63,520 nt of DNA, filler included, from Welwitschia mirabilis (GCA_051453625.1; 7 parts of one record of this genome joined end to end with filler, not necessarily neighbours in it); one strand, 5' to 3'. Numbered from the whole stretch's first letter, positions 23,580 to 37,500 are shown. Notes: a model not told the origin generated them from the sequence alone. A program made the numbers and translations.

Positions 23580-26385
23580 TGTTGGATCTGCAAATCCATT
23601 ATGCGTAGAAGGCCTAAGAACTAGGAGAAATTCCTAGGGAGCATGCAAGATTGGCATTCAAACTAGCTCAAAGTTTTCATTATAGAAATAACAATTTATA
23701 CAGATATCATGAGGGAAATTAGGGAAAAGAGAGAGAAAATGGAGATTGATTGTAACAAACCACTTTAAAATGGGAAAATATCCAACAAACCCTCCCTTGA
23801 TGACAAATCTAAGAATTAGATTGTCATCATATTTAAAGTGCTAGAACATGCCTCTAGTATAGTAATTCATATCAAATTTATCACATAAATATGGACTAAC
23901 CACTATAAAGTGGAATAACTCAGGATAACTTGGGACAACTCAGGATAATGTGGGATAACTCGGGATAACTTGGAATAACTTGGACTAAATCTAAGCAATT
24001 TTCATGTAAAAACAATGTCATAAAAAGTGTTCCATATCACTTCTCATGACATCATCTTTATATGAATTTGCATATTACATAAATTGATTGGGACAAATCC
24101 CCAACCTAACTTTTGGCAGAAGTTGGTAAATTTTATCTCATAAAATGATTTTTGAACCACTATTTTTAATGATCAAATGACGTGAAATAGGTTCTATACA
24201 TCTAAGATAGATGATATCAAATAATTACCTTATAAAATAAAAGCAAAGATTTTCTAAGGAATTAATAGAGGGACAAGAAAAACAATACTCAAGGGATTGG
24301 ATGCATACCACTAGTCTACATTTCTTTTTAAATAGGCTTGGCTGGAAATCATACTTATCATTCTTGGCCTCATAATGCTTGACATTTCTTCAATTTGTAG
24401 GACATGTATACATCAGGATGATTGTCTAAAGTGCCACCTTTGGGGAAATGCGATAGTTGCTACTTATCTTGAAGTGGATACCAACAAAGCAGAGCGAGTA
24501 CAGCATGATTGCGAGCACAGCATTAAATGAAAACACAAGTAGGGACACAGTGGCGGTGAGCATTAGCATAAGCAAAATTTCTCTCTCGTAATACTCCTTT
24601 CCTTTCATGTAATCACATTTCAAGCAACTTGACATAATTCTAAAGAGAAAAAAAAATGTTATTCAAATAAAAGTTGCAAAGCATTTAAAAAAAAATTAAA
24701 ATCCCTTTCACGATTGAAATCAAATTGCTTTCTTCTTCCTCATGGTCCCCACTGCCTACACCATATAGATCAAATAGCTGAGAATTTGTTAGTGTACATC
24801 TAGCTATCTGAAAAAAAAAGGATATTTCATTGATAACGTTGATTTCCTCTAGTAGTTCTTCGCCTGCAAACTTATTTTGTAATAAAAGAAGAACTTTTAG
24901 GGTTTCGAGCAAAAGCCCCATTTGAATCGTTGCATGCAAAGATGATCCTCACTCTTTTCAAAAACATAGAGATCAGCGAATTTATTCTTAAATGACATTT
25001 CTGAAGTTGTATCACTCTAATAACTTGAAGGCAAGAGGTCTAATGGCCAAACTGCAGTGATCTGAATCATTTGCAGATGCCTAGGAATTTTGTCAGAAAA
25101 TCAAACCAAAACTCGGTCTCATAGAAGTGATTTTCTGTCTTGTCAGATTTTAGCCCAAGATCGAGGATTCCAAAGGAATTCCAAAAGTTAAAATTATGGA
25201 TGTGATACTGAGATTAGCACTAGTATTAGGGCTAAGCTTTTAATACTACAATAGAAGCAAATCAGCTGCACAAGCCTAAGATCCATAAACAATCTCCATT
25301 TGAAATCAGTGGACTTAGAGCAATCTATACTCTTCACGTTCAGAAGAAGTTCATCTTTCGTAGGTCCACCAGCAGCCATAAACTTCACATATTGCTTGAG
25401 CTTTGAGAATAATAAACCCTTGCCTTTTGTAAGGAATGCATTGCTAAAACTCTCCCTAAAAGATCCATCAATGTTGCCACTCTTTAGATTATTTGGTTAT
25501 GATTTCTCCATAGGAAGCAGAGGTGATGAAATGTAGGGAGGGAGCATTAGATATAGCACTAATGGTCAAAGGATGATTCTACCTTTACTTCTTCTGGATT
25601 CTTCTCTTTCGATTCTTCAGATAAGAGATGGATTTCAAATNNNNNNNNNNNNNNNNNNNNNNNNNNNNNNNNNNNNNNNNNNNNNNNNNNNNNNNNNNNN
25701 NNNNNNNNNNNNNNNNNNNNNNNNNNNNNNNNNNNNNNNNCCCTAAAAGATCCATCAATGTTGCCACTCTTTAGATTCACAACCATCTTCGAGTCCTTTT
25801 CTTCTCTGAATTTCATCATTCAAATGGATTGATTGATCAATCGATCAACTATTTTTCCCAGCAAAGATTATTTGGTTATGATTTCTCCATAGGAAGCAGA
25901 GGTAATGAAATGTAGGGAGGGAGCATTAGATATAGTACTAATGATCAAAGGATGATTCTACCTTTACTTCTTCTAGACTCTTCTCTTTCGATTCTTCAGA
26001 TAAGAGATGGATTTCAAATGGATAAGAATATCATCCTTGTTTATCTCAAGGATTTCAAAGTCAAGACCAAAGAATCGTCTTATTTCTTCCCAAGCTTTTT
26101 CCAAGATTTCTTATCAGAAGCATTTTCCTCTACTTTTTCTCTCAATAGATTCTCCCAGGTTATACTCTGATACCAATTATTGGATCTACAGATCCATTAT
26201 GCGCAGAAGGCCCAAGAACTAGGAGAAATTCCCAGGGAGCATGCAAGATTGGCATTCAAACTAGCTTAAAGTTTACATTACAAAAATACAATTATATACA
26301 AATCTCATGAGGGAAATTAGGGGAAAGAGAGAGAAAATGGGAAGTGGTTGTAACAAACCACTTTAAAATGGGAAAATATCCAACA
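23580..26385 (-). mobile_element. Short-LTR non-autonomous retroelement (TRIM/TR-GAG-like), 208-bp LTRs
   Basis: LTRs 23580-23787 and 26178-26385 are ~90% identical by eye. PBS tggtatcagagt (26164-26175), PPT aagggagggtt (23788-23798), flanks aaaat/aaaaa. The host RT resumes on both sides and I recognise no pol motifs inside. Confidence 0.9.
23911..23980 (+). repeat. 10-bp minisatellite (consensus YRGGATAACT) x7
   Basis: tggaataact caggataact tgggacaact caggataatg tgggataact cgggataact tggaataact. Confidence 0.9.
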
Positions 26386-26873
26386 AAAAAATTATGAATA
26401 GATTCTAATCTGATACTAGGAACAAAGGTTTTTTTGAAATAAATACCTTTCATTTAAGCATAATCTTATGTCACCAGCCTTTCTTTGTTTCTTATAACTT
26501 GAGAGATTTCATTTATCTTGTTCTTGAATATCCATTTAATACTAATAACATTGTACTTACTTGATCTAGTAGAAAGCTCTCACACTTTACTTTTCTTAAA
26601 TTGTGCAACTTCTTCTTGCATATCATTGACTCAACATTCATCTTGTTTAGTTTCCTTAAAAGATTTAGGTTCTAAGATTAAAATGAAACAAATGTTTGCA
26701 CAAATTGAGCTTTATTTTTCACTTTATCAAACACATCACCAATTACCAATCCAATAGAAAGATCTCTGGGCAAAATTATTTCTTTAAGAGTTTAGATTTC
26801 TTTGTGAGGGAAGGAATGTGAAGAAGTAGAAGTTTTTTCATTTGAATTAATTCTTTTAGATATAAAATCTACT

Positions 26874-29800
26874 TTGGAAGGAGTATAACTATAGTGATGT
26901 ATGGGGAGCTTTAACTATTTTAATAATAAAATTAAAACATATCTATATTGATGTTGGAAACTATATTAAAATATACTTGGAATACAACCTTCAACTATCT
27001 CGAAACAAACTCAAAACATCACTTGAAATAATGATCTAGAGAGTATCATAATACACACATAGGATTAATAATCTAGAGAGTGCTAGAATACATAACTAGA
27101 AATAATAATATGGAGAGTATTAGAACACATATTAGAAAACACCAATAACTTCTTCAGTAGAATTTGAATCTTTGTCGTTTTCTTGAATAGATTAGTCTAT
27201 AAGTAAATCTTGTTTATCTTCCTTTTTTTTATTTTTTATTATGAAGATCCCTAGCCATATTGTAGTAGTTTATACTTGCATGTCCTTCCTTTTCATAATA
27301 GCAGCATTTTCCTCTTATGAATCATTTTTTTAACATTTTTTTCCTCTCAACAACTAAAGCATTACTTCAACCCTTATCTTGATCCATTTTATTAGCCTCA
27401 TCAAATAATGTAGAAATTGTGATTTAAAAGTACATAAAATTTTCTTCAAAGTGAAGATAATATACTTGTATTGTGTAGGAAGACTGCTTGATAAAATGGC
27501 TTTGGCATCATCATCAACAATCTTTACATTGATATGTTAACAAAGATTTGAAATAGTTGATGTATTGATTCATATCATCATGTTCTTTTAGTTGTAATCT
27601 ATACAATTAATGCTTGAGGTTTTTTTTGCTTCATTATCACTTAAACCAAAGATATTATTAAGATCATTTCAAAATTTATTTGAAGACTCAACAAATTAAT
27701 TTAATGAAGATAATCATTTTCTAAGCTAAGACCAATGAGTAACTTTAGAAGCATCTTTGGGCTTAGAATACTTGTAACTTTTCATAGATCTTTCTTGATT
27801 AATAATAATTGCATTTTAACTTTCCAAGCATGAAAGGTTTTATCATTAAATTTTTCTCTCTTTTCCCATTTCTTCTTCTTATTCCAATGAGCAAAGTGAG
27901 GTGGAAGTTAGCAAATTTTCACTATATTTGAACTTGTAAGAAGCCCTCCCTCCAATACAATTCTCTCTCCTTATCTCCTTCCAAACAATAACCTTTAATC
28001 AACCTTTTTTAGTTTATAAATACAAAGGCATTTATTGTCTTAATTATTAAATGCTTAAAAAAATGATAAACAAAGGGAAATATAACATGGCTAGAGATGG
28101 GGAAACTAGTAATAAAGAAGGGAAAAATTTAATTTTACATTTAGAATATTTGTTGCTACTTGATCACTATATTGAATGGAATTTTGAAGGGCATGTAAGC
28201 TAATCTTCACATATCAGCCTAATTTAAGCATCTCTCTCTTATGAAGAAGCTTCCCTTTTCTTACTTACGCATGTAACCCAGAGGAACGTCTTCTATTCAT
28301 TAGTGTTATAATGTTTGTTTTGGAGTTGTCACATGCCTTCAACTTGGAGGACTTAGATAGCTCTGCAATAATAATGTTAACCCTTTTCTTATGGAGATTT
28401 TCAATGAGAGTGTCACATNNNNNNNNNNNNNNNNNNNNNNNNNNNNNNNNNNNNNNNNNNNNNNNNNNNNNNNNNNNNNNNNNNNNNNNNNNNNNNNNNN
28501 NNNNNNNNNNNNNNNNNNNNNNNNNNNNNNNNNNNNNNNNNNNNNNNNNNNNNNNNNNNNNNNNNNNNNNNNNNNNNNNNNNNNNNNNNNNNNNNNNNNN
28601 NNNNNNNNNNNNNNNNNNNNNNNNNNNNNNNNNNNNNNNNNNNNNNNNNNNNNNNNNNNNNNNNNNNNNNNNNNNNNNNNNNNNNNNNNNNNNNNNNNNN
28701 NNNNNNNNNNNNNNNNNNNNNNNNNNNNNNNNNNNNNNNNNNNNNNNNNNNNNNNNNNNNNNNNNNNNNNNNNNNNNNNNNNNNNNNNNNNNNNNNNNNN
28801 NNNNNNNNNNNNNNNNNNNNNNNNNNNNNNNNNNNNNNNNNNNNNNNNNNNNNNNNNNNNNNNNNNNNNNNNNNNNNNNNNNNNNNNNNNNNNNNNNNNN
28901 NNNNNNNNNNNNNNNNNNNNNNNNNNNNNNNNNNNNNNNNNNNNNNNNNNNNNNNNNNNNCCTTTTCTTATGGAGAGTTTCAATGAGAGTGTCACATTCT
29001 AGAAATCTTGTACTTCATGGCTAATGGCATTTGATTTGAAAAGCCTCTCAATTATGAAGACTGGATTTGCTTCCAGTATTATCTTTTAAGATATGTGATT
29101 TGATGTAACTTCATCCTACAGTGAAGGTTTGATGGCTTCTTTAGTGTTGTTAATATCTTGTAGGTTCTAGACTCCTATGAAATTTTTTCACTTGACTAAT
29201 TATTAAAAATCTAGAGATTTAGTATTGTATTCTATTACCCACACTTGTAAGATTAAGATCTTTGGTCTCAATGATAGTACTAGAAGGAACTATGTACATC
29301 CTTCTTGATAGCCTTCTATGCATTTCAAAGGCCCTCTTTTGAGATCTTCTAACCTCTTAAGTAATAAATAAAATAATTATTATATATAAAATAACTCTAT
29401 TTTCCATTCTGATTCATTAGAAATCACTATAAATGGAATTCCATCATGGAATCTGTTAGTTTGATTATGTTCTAAGAAGATTTTGAATTACATCTGTACA
29501 GAGATCTATGGCCTTTGTATGTAGATTTAGAAGAAGTAAGACATTTAATCTGGATTTTACCTTTGTTAATCTCAATCTCTCAAGAAATCCAAAAAATATC
29601 CTATGAACCATTGTTGCATGTGTTGTTTAAATGTCAATTCCAAATGCCCCACTGAATCATGTGATCTACTTATCTTTAGACTAGATAAATTGAGGGCATA
29701 GGTGTTTTTATGACTTCTAGAGAAATGTAGGAATGTTAACATTTATCATTTCTTTGATCAACATACCTAGAATGCATAAAAAAATAGATTGAAGAATTAT

Positions 29801-30281
29801 TTGCAACAAAACTATTATTGCATTTTCTAGGAGGAAGAAATGAAGGATTTCAGGTATGCTCTAATACTAATTAGGGTAGTAGAAGCACAGTGATACATGG
29901 GGATATTTAACTAATTTAACAATAAAATTTAACCTCAAATTATTTATTTGCATCATACAAATTTATACTAATGTATAACCCAAGAATAAAGGATTAAATC
30001 CATTAGAAAGGAATCTAATATCTTAAAATAAGAAACTATTAAACANNNNNNNNNNNNNNNNNNNNNNNNNNNNNNNNNNNNNNNNNNNNNNNNNNNNNNN
30101 NNNNNNNNNNNNNNNNNNNNNNNNNNNNNNNNNNNNNNNNNNNNNTAACCCAAGAATAAAGGATTAGATCCATTAGAAAGGAATCTAATATCTTAAAATA
30201 AGAAACTATTAAACAAACCAAGATAAATCAAAGGTACATGGACATATTCATTTATGCCTATTTGAGAAATATTTTCTAACA
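26874..30281 (-). mobile_element. Copia-derived gag-only block inserted between SIRE-C integrase and RT
   Basis: PBS remnant gctctaatacta at 29858-29869. LTR-like 29872-30281 and ~26875-27147 share their first ~70 bp. The host sequence resumes at ~30282, judged by homology to SIRE-A 9470-9560. No clear TSD. Confidence 0.6.
27330..27870 (-). pseudogene. gag: Tork/Tnt1-like Copia gag remnant
   Basis: EKFNDKTFHAWKVKMQLLLIKKDL*; LYRLQLKEHDDMNQYIN; DDAKAILSSSLPTQYKYIIFTL. Confidence 0.75.
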
Positions 30282-31599
30282 TGAGCATCATTTTCATTGT
30301 TTTGAATACTTTCATTAATCCTTAAATGAATACATTATTTAACTCTACTTGAATTTTGGTTGAACACTCAATAGGCTTTACTAGTTTGAGAATATCTAAG
30401 AAAAATTTGTTTTAAAGATTTAGAAGCAAACTTCCTTTTCACATCATCATTATTCAATATATAACATTTAATACTGAATATTTTAAAATCTGAAACATTT
30501 GGCCTCTTTTATTTCCACATTTCACAAGGATTTTTAGTTGTAGTAGGTTTAGGAAAAGCATAGTTGGACATATAGTAAGTAGTGTTAAAAGCTTTATTCC
30601 AAAATCTCTTCACTATATCCTTTTCTTAAAGCATAGTTCTTATCATTATTTAAAATAATCTATTCTTTCTTTTAACCACGCCATTTTTTTGTGAAGTTTT
30701 AGTATAAAACTCATGAGATACACCTTTCTTTTCACATGTTTCATCAAAATATTCATTTTCAAATTCTCCTCCATGATTACTTCTAATCCTTTTAGTGTTA
30801 TTCTTAGTTTTATTTTCTAGCTTCTTACATAAGATTTAAAAATTTTCAAAGGATTTATTTGTGTGTCTTAGAAATAGATTTTAAGTAAATCTAGTATAAT
30901 CATCAATAACAACTAAAATATGTTTCTTTCCACTAAGACTTTCTACAGGGACAGGACCTAGAAGGTCAAGATGAAGTAAATCTAAAGAATTTTAAGAAGA
31001 GACTTAATCAATTTTAGAGAATCTCTTTCTAGTTTATTTTTCTAATTAGCAAGATCTACATAAATCTCATTCTATTTTGTTTGAAGTAGGGATGCCCTTA
31101 ACAATACTATACTTAAAGATATTATAGAGGTTCTTATAGTTAACATGATCAAGATTCTTATACATAGTTTACTTTCTTTAGAAGTAAAAGTATATATACT
31201 TTTATTACACATTAATTTTCTAATAGGATAAACATTTTGACCTCTATTACCCAATAAAATAATCAATTCAAACTTGTCTAAAATATGAGAAAGTAAATTA
31301 CTAGAAAGAACAAGCATACTTTTATCACAAATTTAGTAGATGCTAAGGAAGTTGTGCTTTAGTCCATTGATACAGACAAGATTATGTACAATTGGAAAGT
31401 CTTTTCCATCTATTGTACCAACACCTTTTACCATATATTTTTCATTGTCTCTAAATTTTATAGCTTCTCCATCGCATTTGTCCATTTTTGTAAATTTACA
31501 AGTCTCTCTAGTCATGTATTTACAGCATTCACTATCAAGATACTAATGAACAACATTAGTGGGACATAATGCAATATGAATCAAAAGACTTTTATGAGA
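30282..31599 (-). pseudogene. pol: SIRE-C protease/integrase
   Basis: *YLDSECCKYMT; LVCINGLKHNFLSI; LLHLDLLGP; IRSNHGGEFEN; KNGVVKRKNR. Confidence 0.9.
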
Positions 31600-34500
31600 T
31601 ATTACAATGCTAAATTGTATGTATTTGATAGGGTATTTTAAGTAGTTTTGCGAGAGATTATATAAGTTTATGTTAAGTTTTAACAATAATGAAGAGATAA
31701 GAAAAATATCACAAAAACATGCAATCTTCATTACATTTGAGAGCATTTCAAGTAAATTGTAATACTTCAAATCTGAAGCAGAAATACTATGATCAAATAG
31801 GCTAATCTAACATAATAAATAACTTTAAGAAGTCCCTCATCCACCTTAGCATCCATATGATAATACAAATGATAAAATAAGTTCTACTGACTAGGATGCT
31901 TATTGGACCAAACTAGTAGTTGATGTAGATCTTATATGATATGGCATTATCTCTTGTGATGTCTAGAGAACCACTAGGATAATACCTAATAATAATCATT
32001 CACCAAACTCCACTAACATTTCACCATATTTCATGCACCTTATTGTGTATCAGTTAGTATTTTACCACATCTGTTAGGATTTGCTATTTTAATAATCTTA
32101 TTTGAAAGTAGATACCTCCTTCACCTTTGACTCTAACTTTATCTTCTTTGATACTAGAAATTATTGTGATAGGAGATCGAAGGGTAGGAGATCCATCCAT
32201 TGTTATTACAAAGAGATATCTTGCTTGGTGTTGTACTATCTACTACTTTATAACACAAATGTTATTTCGAATATAATCAACACTTCATTTTCCTTTTCAT
32301 ACCTTTTGTTATGTGCATCTCCCTTATGGTATATATTGCTTATGATTTCGTGGGAGCTTTATTTGTGATATAGATCATGAGATAAACCTTTATTAAGGTT
32401 GAAACTATTAGAATAGTTTCATTGCATATTCTATTTCATAGATTAACATTGCATGTTTTCATATTCTGATTTATGTGTCTGATAGCTTAGGTTGATTAGG
32501 ATTTAGTGATAGTTTTCCTTGATTTATCTAAGTCATACAGGATCAATCTATGTAACAAGTTGATTTGGTAATTGAATAGATAGTACATTTAATAGATCTT
32601 TGCATTTCATTTACATACTATGTTTTTTCTACATGATTCTTGCATTGTTATTTATTTTTGTTCTACCTAAAAGAATATGCAAAAAGATTTTGTTGAAATT
32701 AATCCTCTTTCTTCTTACCTATGCCTTTAATGGATTACAACATTTGAGTCCACTCTCTTATATATTAATATGTTGTGTTTTGCAATATATTCTTTTGTGA
32801 TTTTTAGGATTTGCTTAAGGACATAATATTTATACAAATACATATTATATTATCTTGGCACCATAGTTGGAAAAGACTGTTAAGTATTCAAGGATTATCA
32901 TAAATCAGATGAGTAGTTTGGATTTCAATTTTAGTATTTATCTATAGTAGTGCTGTACTTTTATAGTAGAATCATAGGTTTTTCCTTTTGCATTTTTTTG
33001 ATTTTTATTTAAAAAATAATGCCTTATTGTCCTCATTGTCAGCCAGACGACATGCAATGATGATGGTCTATAAAACTAGGGCTTTTCATTTTCATAAGAA
33101 CTAGGATTTTTCCTATCATTTCCTCTGTTATTTAGATGACACAGAGGATGACTGATAGTTTTATTTTTGTGTTATTTTACAATTCTATGTTTTTTATATT
33201 TATAATTTTTGGTTTCCTTTTTATCTATTATCATCTAGGTTAATCGTCCATATGACTACATAGATAGTACTTGTAGAAACAAAATTGAGCATGCAAGGAC
33301 ATGGTAAACTTGGGTAAAAATACAAAGTATCAGACAGACCAGCTACTGATAAAAAAAAAAAAAAAAAAAATCAGAGAAGGCTTAATTAAGTACGAATNNN
33401 NNNNNNNNNNNNNNNNNNNNNNNNNNNNNNNNNNNNNNNNNNNNNNNNNNNNNNNNNNNNNNNNNNNNNNNNNNNNNNNNNNNNNNNNNNNNNNNNNAAA
33501 AAAAAAAAAAAAAAATCAGAGAAGGCTTAATTAAGTACGAATTAAACCTAGGTATACATATCTAAGGTACGAAATAAATTCTAAGAATTGAACAAGAAAG
33601 CTTTTTACATTTATTTCTTCAAAAACTAATTTTTCAAAAGAAAATTTTTCAAAAAAAAGTTTAGAAGCAAATAGTTTTATTTCAATGTCAAATTCTACAC
33701 AAAAACAAAAACAAGTGCCTTATTCCAATACTTTTACTATGATAGGAATCTCTACTTTCCCCATAAATCCAAATGCTAATATCACTCTTAAAGAATTAAT
33801 TGCAAATAAAAAGCATGAAATTATAAATCCTTTTGATCTACCTCCTGGTAATGATGTTGAGTTAATAATTTTAATTGTATATCCTATTTTTTCTAGAGAC
33901 AATCATAAAGATCCACTTCAACATATAGCCAACATTGAATAATTAGTGCTTACTTTATAAAATAGTAAAAAATGAAATAGTAATCATACTTACATGGTAA
34001 TATTCTCTATCATACTTAAAGAAAAAGCAAAATTATGGCTAATAACTATTCCACATAAAAGTTTAACAACATAAAACCAAGTTTAATAAGCCTTTATAAA
34101 AAGATTTATGAGTGAAACTACAATTAAAAAAAGAAATAAAGAAGTAACAAACTTTTAATAATAACCTAAGGAGGATTATGCCATACCATATGAATAATTT
34201 TTCATAGTAATGTATTCTAATCCTATTAATGCATTTACTCAAGAAGAATTAATAGATTATTTCTACAATGGATTAAATAGTCAAACTAAACAACTTGTAT
34301 GTTTTTCATGTGGTGACAACTTAACAAGTCTCACATTAAAAAATTCATGAAAGTTATTGAAAGAATTAGGGGAAGTAAGTTAAATTTAGCCTAAACCAAC
34401 ATCTAAAGAAAATCATACTATAGGTCAAATCATAAAAGATCTTAAAGAAGTAAAATAAGAAAAGGAAAAAATTCAAAAAGAAAAAGGACCAATAAATGTA

Positions 34501-37500
34501 ATTAAGGATTTCACAACAACTTTATAAAAATACACATAAATAATGCTTGATGCAAAAGTGACAACTAAAAATAATGTGATTCCAACTTGTGATTTATGTG
34601 AAGACAATTGTCATATGACTAAAGAATGTCCTTTATTGCCAACTTATAAACATAAGATTTATGAAGAAGTGTATGCTTTTAATCTGAAGTCTTCAAACTT
34701 TAAAAATCAAAATCAAGATCAATTTCAACCTAGAATTAGTGGACAATCCAATTTTCAAAATTTTGAAAGCAAATTCAAAAGCTTTTAAATAAGTCATTCA
34801 AATTTCTAACCATTTGAAAATATATTTAAGAATACAAACGTTTAATCAAACAACTCTCACTTCTAACCAAGTAGCTCAAATTTTTATGCAAGTGCGTCAA
34901 ACTCTTAATAAAATCAAAATGATTCACGTAAAGATTAAATTAATGAACTAACAAAATCATAAGAGAAGATAAAATAAAACATTAAAAATCTAATAAATGT
35001 TTTTCAACAAACTATGCTTGTAAATTAAAAGCCATAAGGATCACTTATAATACAACTTTTTCCAAACCCTAATGATGTAAGTAAAGATTACAAGATTGTA
35101 ATAAGAAGTGGGAATGACATAACACCTCCTACTAATAAGGCTTGAACTTCTAAAAATGATAAGATATATGAAGAAGAAATAGAGGATATTAAAATCTTAG
35201 AAAATCATAACTTCCCTTATTCTTTAAGTGATAAGTTTAAAAAAAAAAAATTTCACAATATAAAAGAAAGAAGCCTACTACCCTTTGGCATGATAGATTA
35301 AATGCTAATTCTATCTTTGATGATCATCTTAAAGCCTTAATATAAGAAGTGAGCATAAATTTACCATTTTAGAAACTCTTGTAAGAAAATCCTAAATACT
35401 CTAAGTTGTGAAAAGACCTATTTAGGAGGAAACAAACCATACCTAGTAATGTCTTTCTAGCATAATATATGACTAATTTAGTTTTACAAAAATATCCATA
35501 ATTTAAGGATCTTAGGGTAACAATAGTTAGTATCACATTAGAAGGAAATAAAAGAATTAAAAAAGCCTTAATCGATATAGGAGTGAGTGTTAATATTATG
35601 CCTTTACACATTTGTCCACAACTTAGTTTGAAAAGTAAAATTGAGCCTACACGTATTATCATAGAATTCATAGATACATTAGTCAAAAAATCTTTACTAG
35701 TAATAAAAGATTTGGTGATTTAAATTGAGAAAGAATTCTATTAATAGATGTGGTTCTAATTAAAGTTGAGCATAATGGAGGTTATCCATTGCTTCTAGCT
35801 AGAGAATTTTGTGCAATATCCCATTGTATTATTGATACAAGAACTAAAATGATGGAGTGTTAGTTAGGAAATAAAAAGTTTATTATTAGAGTTTTTGATG
35901 CCATTAAAAAAGATCTAGGTGATGAGTGAAATTTAGAGGAAGAGATTAAGCAAACATTATTTTCACAAAAACATCCAGTTAAAGAGAAATGGTTAATGAT
36001 TTATGAGACTACCTTGTATTATGATCCACTTGAAGTAGAAAATTTAAAAGCTTTCGATGATGATGAACTTAATTATGAGCATTTAGGAACTAACTGTTTT
36101 AATCAAAGAATGGAGAAACTAAAACTATAATCTGTAAATAATTTCAACATTTAAAAATAGCTAAGATTTTATATTTTAAGGGAGGTCATTCACCACTATC
36201 ATTCAGACGATGGTCTAAGACACCAATCAACTCTATGAAAAATCTAACAAAAACTAAAAATATGAATTTAAATCTAAAATCTTTACCTAGTGGACTAAGA
36301 TATATCTTTCTACATAATGATTAGAATAGACGATTGATAATAAATGAGAATCTTTCTTTTCAATAAGAATTAATTTTAATCTCACTTTTAAATTCTAAGA
36401 TTAATGTGTTTGCTTGGACCAACAAAGATTTAACAGCCATTCTTATTTCCATTATTCAATATAAAATCTACCTTGAGGACAATGCAAAACCTATTAGATA
36501 ACTCTAACATAGATTAAATATAGCCTTTAAATAAGTCATAAAAGATAAAATCAATAAATTAATAGATGATATAATTATTTATGCCATTTCTAATAGTGAG
36601 TGTTTNNNNNNNNNNNNNNNNNNNNNNNNNNNNNNNNNNNNNNNNNNNNNNNNNNNNNNNNNNNNNNNNNNNNNNNNNNNNNNNNNNNNNNNNNNNNNNN
36701 NNNNNAAAATCTTAGAAAATAATAACTTCGCTTTTATTTTAAGTGATATGCTTAATAAGAAAAATTCTTCATAAGATAAAGGAAATAAACCTTCTACCCC
36801 TTGGCTTAATAGATTAAATACAAATCCTACCTTAAATTATCATCTAAAAGCCTTAATGCAAGATGTAAGTAAAAATTTACATTTTTGAAAAATATTATAA
36901 GAAAATCCTAAATATTCTAAGTTATGAAAAGACCTAATTAGGATTTAGGGGAAAAAACCATACCTAGTAAAGTCTTCTTAGCTTAATCTATAACTAACTT
37001 ATTTAAAATGTTCAAAATTTAAGAACCCTAAGGTAGTCATAGTTACTGTCACTTTAGAATAAAATAAAAGAATTAAGAAATCCTTAATTTATATAGAAGC
37101 AAGTGTTTATCATGCCTTTACACATTTTTTAAGTACTTGGTTTGGAAAGTAAAATTGAGCCTACAAGTATTATCTTAGAATTGGCTGACACTTCAGTGAA
37201 TAAATACTTAGAAGTGATAAAAGACTTGATGATTCAAATAGAAGAAGCTTATTATCCAATAAATGCGATTGTGATAGAAGTTAATCATAATGAAGGTTGT
37301 CCACTATTTTTAGAAAGAGCATTTTGTGAAACAACCCATTGTATTATTTATACATGAACTAGAATGATGAAGTACCACTTAGAAAAAGAAATTTACCATT
37401 AGAGTTTTTTATGCTATTAAAAAAATACATGGGTGATGTGTTGAATGTAGAGGAAAAAATTAAGTTGACATTATTTTCATAGCATCATCCTCTTGAAGAG

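Larger units (their letters stand above)
14569..31599 (-). mobile_element. Sirevirus (SIRE) copy C internal region, split by nested insertions
   Basis: Collinear pieces on minus: protease/integrase 30282-31599, RT start 26386-26873, RT/RNase H 22617-23579, RNase H end ~17500-17842, env-like ORF and multiple PPT-like tracts at 14570-14660. Reading frames resume across the insertions. Confidence 0.88.

Noticed and set aside
23911..23980. Short repeats as a CRISPR or telomere array
   Set aside because: No unique spacers, no cas genes, a eukaryotic TE context and no match to TTTAGGG.
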